Positions 34,730 through 40,301 of a stretch of 40,301 nucleotides of DNA are shown piece after piece. The stretch comes from Candidatus Thorarchaeota archaeon (GTDB lineage: Archaea; Asgardarchaeota; Thorarchaeia; Thorarchaeales; Thorarchaeaceae). Numbering within the stretch: position 1 is the first letter of the stretch; each line of letters begins with the position of its first letter. The translations under genes and the position numbers were made by a program. The DNA lies in contig JBHLQJ010000001.1 of the NCBI GenBank assembly GCA_048884945.1, forward strand, positions 26,977-67,277, read 5' to 3'. The notes below the pieces were generated by a model. The model saw nothing but the letters and a program-made list of their open reading frames with translations, searched no databases and had not been told where the DNA came from.

Positions 34730-36079
34730 ATGAGTCTTGATGAGTCCGGTTATGTTGGCTTGGTCCTAGAAAAGCTCTCAAGTTCAAACATTAAAGTTGG
34801 AGATACAATTCACGTCAAGAGGAATGAGGAAGAATATGTGGGAGTTCTCATGCCTCGTAGTCAGGTTGGAAGTGATCAATTTCATCTTGTTCTCAAGCTT
34901 GAAAGTGGCTACAATATTGGCATAAAACTAGGTCAAGACTCAAAGGTATACAGAATTTCTTCTGGCAGGAAGAAACAAACATTTTCTGCAGAAAAGGAGC
35001 TTGTTTCAAAGAATTTACCCACTGCTTCAATCCTAAGTACGGGTGGTACCATCGCTAGCAAGGTCGACTATCAGACAGGGGCTGTAAACCCAGCCTTGTC
35101 GGCACAAGATCTCTATGATACCGTACCAGAACTTGGCAATTATGCTAATGTTCAGGCAAAAGTAATCATGAGTGTGCTTTCTGAGAATATCCAACCAAAT
35201 GATTGGACCAAAATTGCTCGAAGTGTGGCTGTTGAAATCAAAGCCGGATCAGATGGAGTTGTAATTGCACACGGAACAGATACACTAGGATTTACAGCAG
35301 CAGCACTATCATTTGCACTTCAAAATCTGCCAGTCCCAGTCGTTCTAGTTGGATCACAGAGGTCCTCCGATCGGCCATCCTCAGATGCCGCAATGAATCT
35401 GATTGGTGCTATTAACTTAGCCACAAGAGCCGATGCTGCAGGTGTCTTTGTATTAATGCATGCTGAAACAGGTGACAGCTATCTCCATGCCCATCTAGGA
35501 ACGCGGACAAGAAAGCTCCACACAAGTCGTCGTGATGCTTTTCAATCAGTCAATAGCTACCCAGTATATCGTGTGAGTGGAGAAGACATAATGGAACTAC
35601 GTTCTCCTCCATGTCGGAGAAATACTGAAAGAAAACTAAACATGAAACCAAAATTCGAGGAAAAAGTAGCTCTTGTAAAAACTAGTCCAAGCATTGAAGT
35701 ATCACTAATCGATTTGTTTTTGGAAAGAGGATACAAAGGAATTTTGATTGAAGGTACTGGTCTGGGACATGCTCCCGATCGTCTTCAGGCATCAATAAAG
35801 CAAGCCATTGATGCAGGAATTGTAGTTGCTATGTCTAGTCAGTGCTTGTTTGGACGCGTCAACATGAATGTCTACCGTTCCGGTGTTGAGCTCCTTGACA
35901 TTGGAGTTGTTCCCAGCGAAGACATGTTCCCAGAAACCGCATTAGTGAAACTCATGTGGGTGTTAGCCAATACCAAGGATTCAGAGTCTGCAAAAACTCT
36001 CTTCTTGAAACCTCTTGCGGGAGAAATAGATATGCGCAGTGAAGAATCCGAGTATGCTAAAACCCTTGGAGGGGACTAA
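34730..36079 (+). CDS. gatD: Glu-tRNA(Gln) amidotransferase subunit D
   Basis: It has the asparaginase-type motifs 'STGGTIAS' and 'HGTDTLG'. The N-terminal AD1 domain has 'LKLESGYNIGI'. The ATG at 34730 is preceded by GGTGAGG. Confidence 0.85.
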   Translation: MSLDESGYVGLVLEKLSSSNIKVGDTIHVKRNEEEYVGVLMPRSQVGSDQFHLVLKLESGYNIGIKLGQDSKVYRISSGRKKQTFSAEKELVSKNLPTASILSTGGTIASKVDYQTGAVNPALSAQDLYDTVPELGNYANVQAKVIMSVLSENIQPNDWTKIARSVAVEIKAGSDGVVIAHGTDTLGFTAAALSFALQNLPVPVVLVGSQRSSDRPSSDAAMNLIGAINLATRADAAGVFVLMHAETGDSYLHAHLGTRTRKLHTSRRDAFQSVNSYPVYRVSGEDIMELRSPPCRRNTERKLNMKPKFEEKVALVKTSPSIEVSLIDLFLERGYKGILIEGTGLGHAPDRLQASIKQAIDAGIVVAMSSQCLFGRVNMNVYRSGVELLDIGVVPSEDMFPETALVKLMWVLANTKDSESAKTLFLKPLAGEIDMRSEESEYAKTLGGD

Positions 36080-37997
36080 ACTGTCTGATGACAATAGGTT
36101 TAGAAAACTTGGTCTAAAGGTCGGTCTCGAACTTCATCAGCAACTAGATACACAACACAAGCTGTTTTGTCACTGTCCTGCAATAGTCCGTGATGAGGAA
36201 CCACATGGAAAATTCATTCGGAGATTGCGCCCGACTCAAAGTGAGATGGGTGAGGTTGATCCTGCAGCACTCTTTGAATTTCAGAAACAAAAGAGATTTT
36301 GCTACGAGTATTACAATGATACTACATGTTTGGTAGAAGCCGATGAAGAACCACCTCATAATCTCAATGAAGAAGCAATTGACGTTTGCTTGACAATGGC
36401 TAATTTTCTCAAATCAAAACCAGTTGATGAGGTACATCCAATGCGAAAGATTGTTATTGACGGTTCTAACACAACTGGTTTTCAACGTACAACTATCATC
36501 GCAAATGGAGGCCACGTAGTTGTAGGAAATAAGACAATTGGGATCCAGACTATTTGTCTTGAGGAAGATGCAGCAAGAAAGATTGCTGATGACGAAAAAA
36601 ACAACATGAGAATATATAGACTCGATCGTCTTGGTATCCCTCTAATTGAAGTGGCAACTGACCCTGATATTCAAACTCCCAATGAAGCCCAAGAAGTTGC
36701 TCTAACTATTGGTCTTCTTTTGAGATCTACAGGAAATGTCAAACGAGGCTTAGGAACGATTCGTCAAGATGTTAATGTATCTATTAAGAATGGGGCTATC
36801 ACAGAAATCAAAGGCTTTCAACAACTTGACATGCTATCAACGCTAGTCGAACTTGAAGTTCAACGACAGGAAAAACTACTTGAAATTCAAGATACTTTGA
36901 AGGCTCGAAGAATCTCTCCAACCCAAATCAAATCAAAATTCGTCGATGTTACAACAATCTTTGACAAAAGTGAATCAAAAGTCATCAACAGAGCTGTAAA
37001 ATCTGGCGGAGTTGTTTTTGCTGTCAATCTCTTTGGCTTTGCAAATCTTCTTGGTACCGAAATTCAACCAAATCGAAGATTAGGAACTGAGCTTTCTGAT
37101 TATGCTAAGTTCTGGGGTGGTGTAGGAGGGATATTTCACACTGATGAACTTCCTAACTATGGAATCACAGATTCTGACATCATAAAGATACGGAAATTAG
37201 TCAATGCTGGTGAACAAGACGCAGTTGTCATTGTTGCATCTTCAATAGAACAGTGTAAAGATGCACTCAATGCTATTATTGACAGAGCTAGAGAAGCTGT
37301 GAATGGAGTTCCTGCAGAAACCAGAACTCCTCTTCCGGACGGGACATCAAAATATGCACGGCCGAGGCCGGGATCAAAACGCATGTATCCTGAAACCGAT
37401 GTGAGACCGGTTAAGATAACTGAATCACGTTTAAAGATGATTAAAAAGAACATGCCTGAAACTATCGAACATCGCGAAAAACGGTTTATCAAAGAATATG
37501 AACTAAGCCCAGATCTTGCTTACCAAATCACTCGGTCTCAAAATCTTGATATCTTTGAACAAATCGTTAAGGATTCTCCAGTTTCTCCAACATTAGTAGC
37601 TTCAACCTTAGAAAATACAGTGGTCAGCCTGCATAGAGACCAGGTTCCAACTGAGAATCTCGATGACAATCATTTTCTTATGGTGTTCAATTCAATTTCA
37701 AAGAAAACAATATCATCTGAGGCCATACCAGCGATACTTACATTCTTCGCCAACCATCCAAAATCGAGTATTGAAGAGGCGATAGAGTCAACTGACCTAG
37801 GAATGGCAACTAGTGATGAAGTTGTAACTATTATCAAAAGGATAGTAGCACAGAGAGAAGATTTCATTCTACAAGAAAGAGAACGATCAATAGGCGGTCT
37901 CATGGGTATAGCTATGCAAGAACTTCGTGGGAAAGCTGACGGTAAAAAGGTCAAAGAGCTGCTTGCCATAGAAATCGAAAAACTTCTCGAATCATAG
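36054..37997 (+). CDS. gatE: Glu-tRNA(Gln) amidotransferase subunit E
   Basis: It has 'GLKVGLELHQQL', a GatB/E catalytic core and a C-terminal YqeY-like tail. It overlaps the gatD 3' end, and the start codon is uncertain (36039 or 36054). Confidence 0.85.
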   Translation: MLKPLEGTKLSDDNRFRKLGLKVGLELHQQLDTQHKLFCHCPAIVRDEEPHGKFIRRLRPTQSEMGEVDPAALFEFQKQKRFCYEYYNDTTCLVEADEEPPHNLNEEAIDVCLTMANFLKSKPVDEVHPMRKIVIDGSNTTGFQRTTIIANGGHVVVGNKTIGIQTICLEEDAARKIADDEKNNMRIYRLDRLGIPLIEVATDPDIQTPNEAQEVALTIGLLLRSTGNVKRGLGTIRQDVNVSIKNGAITEIKGFQQLDMLSTLVELEVQRQEKLLEIQDTLKARRISPTQIKSKFVDVTTIFDKSESKVINRAVKSGGVVFAVNLFGFANLLGTEIQPNRRLGTELSDYAKFWGGVGGIFHTDELPNYGITDSDIIKIRKLVNAGEQDAVVIVASSIEQCKDALNAIIDRAREAVNGVPAETRTPLPDGTSKYARPRPGSKRMYPETDVRPVKITESRLKMIKKNMPETIEHREKRFIKEYELSPDLAYQITRSQNLDIFEQIVKDSPVSPTLVASTLENTVVSLHRDQVPTENLDDNHFLMVFNSISKKTISSEAIPAILTFFANHPKSSIEEAIESTDLGMATSDEVVTIIKRIVAQREDFILQERERSIGGLMGIAMQELRGKADGKKVKELLAIEIEKLLES

Positions 37998-38101
37998 ACG
38001 CCTGCTAAGAGCGGCTGAAATAATTGGGGAAACTCAAGGATAAGGTTAATTAGAGGAATCCAGAGTGCTCCTTTGCCAGACTTCGTTATGAGTACAAAAG
38101 T

Positions 38102-38266
38102 GCCGCAGTGGCCTAGCTTGGTTAGGGCGCGAGACTCATAATCTTCTTGGGATTCCCAAGATATAATCGGGGTCATTGAGACCGCGCCTGATGAGGCATC
38201 TCGAAGTCGTGGGCTCGAAACTCTATCACATATCGTGATAGGGAGATTATCCCACCTGCGGCACCA
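38102..38266 (+). tRNA. tRNA with CAU anticodon (elongator Met, or Ile2 if modified) carrying two introns; CCA encoded
   Basis: It has acceptor GCCGCAG/CTGCGGC and anticodon stem CGAGA/TCTCG with loop CTCATA[~57-nt intron]A. The T-arm GTGGG...CCCAC encloses 37 nt rather than 7, which gives a second ~30-nt intron in the T-loop at about position 59/60. Confidence 0.8.
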
Positions 38267-38337
38267 GCTCATTGAAAGCATCTTTTCTAAAATTTCTCTC
38301 ATGGCGGGGTTATTAGGAACAATCTACACTCAAGACC

Positions 38338-38550
38338 ATGAAGAAAGAAAAGTGGAAACTGGTAGGTGGACGCGTCTATAGACTAGTAGAAGTTTTTGAC
38401 AACATACTTGACGCAACATTACTAGCAAGAGAATTGAAAGAGAATAACCATGTGTTCCTCTCAAAACTGGAAAAAAACCTGTGGGCTGTTTATCATAGAC
38501 CAAAGGACTCTATCATTGAATGTACTCCCAAACATTTCAATCTAGTATAG
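38338..38550 (+). CDS. hypothetical small protein
   Basis: This is a 70-aa ATG-start ORF with no recognisable motif. Confidence 0.35.
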   Translation: MKKEKWKLVGGRVYRLVEVFDNILDATLLARELKENNHVFLSKLEKNLWAVYHRPKDSIIECTPKHFNLV

Positions 38551-38601
38551 ATTCTTCATAGTTCTATTGGTGCTTAATAGATACTAAAAGCACATAGAAC
38601 T

Positions 38602-38913
38602 ATGACAATCAGCCCCATTGTAAATGAAGATGATAATAAAACCAGAAAAATTCAGATTGAATCCTTGGGTAGAATTGTCAAACAGCTTCAACGTCCACAC
38701 TTTGAAAAACTCATACGAGAATCAATCATTTCAGGAGTCGTTGATATTACAGACTGGACATTTGAAGCTATTAAGACACTCCTGAAAGTCTGTGCAGAAA
38801 AAAATCTCAAAATTACACTAAAGAATGGCTCCAGATATCTCATGCCAGTTATATATCCAAAAGATCAAATGCTAGAATCATTCGCAAATGCCATCGTGTC
38901 TGGCGAATGGTGA
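38602..38913 (+). CDS. hypothetical small protein
   Basis: This is a 103-aa ATG-start ORF with no recognisable motif. Confidence 0.4.
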   Translation: MTISPIVNEDDNKTRKIQIESLGRIVKQLQRPHFEKLIRESIISGVVDITDWTFEAIKTLLKVCAEKNLKITLKNGSRYLMPVIYPKDQMLESFANAIVSGEW

Positions 38914-38981
38914 ACCAGTTTCAACCACACTTTGAAAATCTCTTTATTGCCGCTTGGTATGAAACAAAGTGGGTGATAATT

Positions 38982-40187
38982 ATGGAGTTCGCTTTCAAGA
39001 CACTCGACGATATAGACTATGTTGGAAAGAAAATACTACTTCGTGTTGACATGAATTGTTCAGTAGATCCTGAAACTAAACAGATTACTGATATTTCACG
39101 AATTGAAGCAATCCAAGAAACGTTAAATGAACTCTCCAGAAGCAAAGTAGTTCTAATGGCCCACCAAGGAAGTCCAGGAAGTGATGATTTCATTTCACTT
39201 GAACAACATACTGAAATCCTAAAGCAACTTGGATTCAGAGCAAGCTTCGTTGATGACATCTTTGGAGAAAAAGCAAAGAAAGCTATATCTCAGGTCAAGA
39301 ATGGCGAAATTCTGGTTCTTCAGAATGTCCGATATTTTGAAGGCGAACTAAAAAAAGCGCCTCCTTCTGAAGTTGCCAAGGAGAAAATTGTACAAGATCT
39401 TTACCCACTATTCGATTTTTTTGTAAATGATGCCTTTGGAGCTTCGCATCGTTCTCAAGCATCTATTGTTGGTTTTACTACGGTACTCCCATCTGTCGCC
39501 GGAAGACTTGTAGAGAAAGAGATTCGTACACTTACTGCTGCAACGGATACAGACCAACATCCTTGGACTCTAGTACTTGGAGGAAGTAAAGTAGAAGATA
39601 AAGTTGACATATTAAACAAGCTTCTAGCAACTAACAGAGTTGACAACGCACTCCTGGGCGGGCTTATTGGAACACTCTTTCTTATAGCTGATGAAAAAGT
39701 TCCAGAGAGCTACTCGAAACCAATCAAAGGTTATGCTTCAGCAGTAGACACAGCACGAAAACTTCTGAGCAAATATCCAGACATTATCATACTTCCTGAA
39801 GATGCCGCTGTAGAGAAAAATAATGAAAGGTTTGACTGTACTTTCACCCAAATGCAAAATCACCCATTCTTAGATATTGGCTTGAAGACAGCTAAAAAGT
39901 ATGTAAGAATCATCAAGGAATCTGCAGTAGTCTTTGCCAATGGTCCAATGGGATATTTCGAGAAAGAGCCATTTACAAAAGGTACAACAAATGTCCTTAA
40001 TGCAATTGCGGACTGCAAAGGTGTCACTGTTGTTGGTGGGGGTCACATGGGAGCCATGGCAAAGAACATGTCACTCGAAAATCGTATTACACATATTAGC
40101 ACTGGCGGAGGGGCAACAATTAATTTCCTAACAGGAAAGAAATTAGATCTAATTGCTGCTCTGGAAGCTGCTGCTCAGAGAATGTAA
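38982..40187 (+). CDS. pgk: phosphoglycerate kinase
   Basis: The N-terminus 'F.TLDDIDYVGKKILLRVDMN', 'AHQG.PG', 'NVRY..GE' and 'NDAFGASHR' match PGK, and there is a C-terminal 'GGG...STGGGA'. The ATG at 38982 fits the family N-terminus better than the tracked 38907. Confidence 0.9.
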   Translation: MEFAFKTLDDIDYVGKKILLRVDMNCSVDPETKQITDISRIEAIQETLNELSRSKVVLMAHQGSPGSDDFISLEQHTEILKQLGFRASFVDDIFGEKAKKAISQVKNGEILVLQNVRYFEGELKKAPPSEVAKEKIVQDLYPLFDFFVNDAFGASHRSQASIVGFTTVLPSVAGRLVEKEIRTLTAATDTDQHPWTLVLGGSKVEDKVDILNKLLATNRVDNALLGGLIGTLFLIADEKVPESYSKPIKGYASAVDTARKLLSKYPDIIILPEDAAVEKNNERFDCTFTQMQNHPFLDIGLKTAKKYVRIIKESAVVFANGPMGYFEKEPFTKGTTNVLNAIADCKGVTVVGGGHMGAMAKNMSLENRITHISTGGGATINFLTGKKLDLIAALEAAAQRM

Positions 40188-40224
40188 AATTAATTTTCAA
40201 AGTTGGCCTAAGATTACAAATAGG

Positions 40225-40300
40225 TGGAGCCCCAGGCGAGATTTGAACTCGCGACCTGCTGATTACAAGTCAGCCGCTATAGCCTCTAAGCCACTGGGGC
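40225..40300 (-). tRNA. tRNA-Thr(UGU), no intron, CCA encoded
   Basis: The minus strand reads GCCCCAGTGGCTTAGAGGCTATAGCGGCTGACTTGTAATCAGCAGGTCGCGAGTTCAAATCTCGCCTGGGGCTCCA. The anticodon loop is CTTGTAA. Confidence 0.9.
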
Positions 40301-40301
40301 A

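Noticed and set aside
38141-38197. CCTGATGAGGC inside the tRNA(CAU) intron, considered as a C box of an intron-encoded C/D guide RNA (as in some tRNA-Trp introns)
   Set aside because: The ATGAG tract is better explained by pairing with the anticodon loop (CTCAT) to build the splicing helix. No D box (CTGA) lies at a suitable distance.
37670-38302. 210-aa minus-strand ORF
   Set aside because: It runs antisense across the 3' end of gatE and straight through the two-intron tRNA gene. Its composition is Ser/Ile-rich and typical of antisense frames, so it is spurious.
1-40301. CRISPR arrays, rRNA genes, transposases/IS elements, integrases
   Set aside because: No regularly spaced direct repeats, no rRNA-like conserved stretches and no DDE or tyrosine/serine recombinase-like ORFs were seen on either strand.

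Overview
AT-rich archaeal chromosomal segment. Lineage markers are uS10, TFE, aMBF1, PAN, NAC, A/V-ATPase subunit D and GatD/GatE. There are four tRNA genes, all with encoded CCA, and three carry introns, two of them at non-canonical positions. Most genes are housekeeping or metabolic: IPK, GlmS, a split LKR+SDH saccharopine pair, IorAB, HypF, ACD-alpha, a UPF0016 transporter and PGK. Several signals are not explained by ordinary genes. (1) At 30955-32645, a perfect 46-bp inverted repeat built from tRNA-Val 5' halves brackets a 492-aa ORF with 4 tandem HTH modules and 2 HNH-like modules. One arm is a 54-nt intron-less tRNA fragment and the other is the full intron-containing gene. This looks like the footprint of a homing-endonuclease-type mobile gene. 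(2) The 850-bp intergenic region 12776-13626 holds two inverted ORB-like boxes flanking an AT-rich spacer, plus four copies of the palindrome GAACACGTGTTC, so it is a candidate replication origin or regulatory hub. A third ORB-like box and nine GTGAAT boxes lie at 9021-9437, upstream of a winged-helix gene. (3) A ~180-nt candidate structured ncRNA lies at 19877-20059. (4) An Orc1/Cdc6-like AAA+ ATPase is translationally coupled to an RHH protein at 23000-24278. (5) A small tRNA-flanked islet at 32700-33779 encodes a wHTH regulator and a nucleoside-deoxyribosyltransferase-like protein. (6) A near-identical 20-mer palindrome recurs between convergent genes. No CRISPR array, rRNA or obvious transposase was seen. 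All family assignments come from motif recognition by eye and need profile searches.
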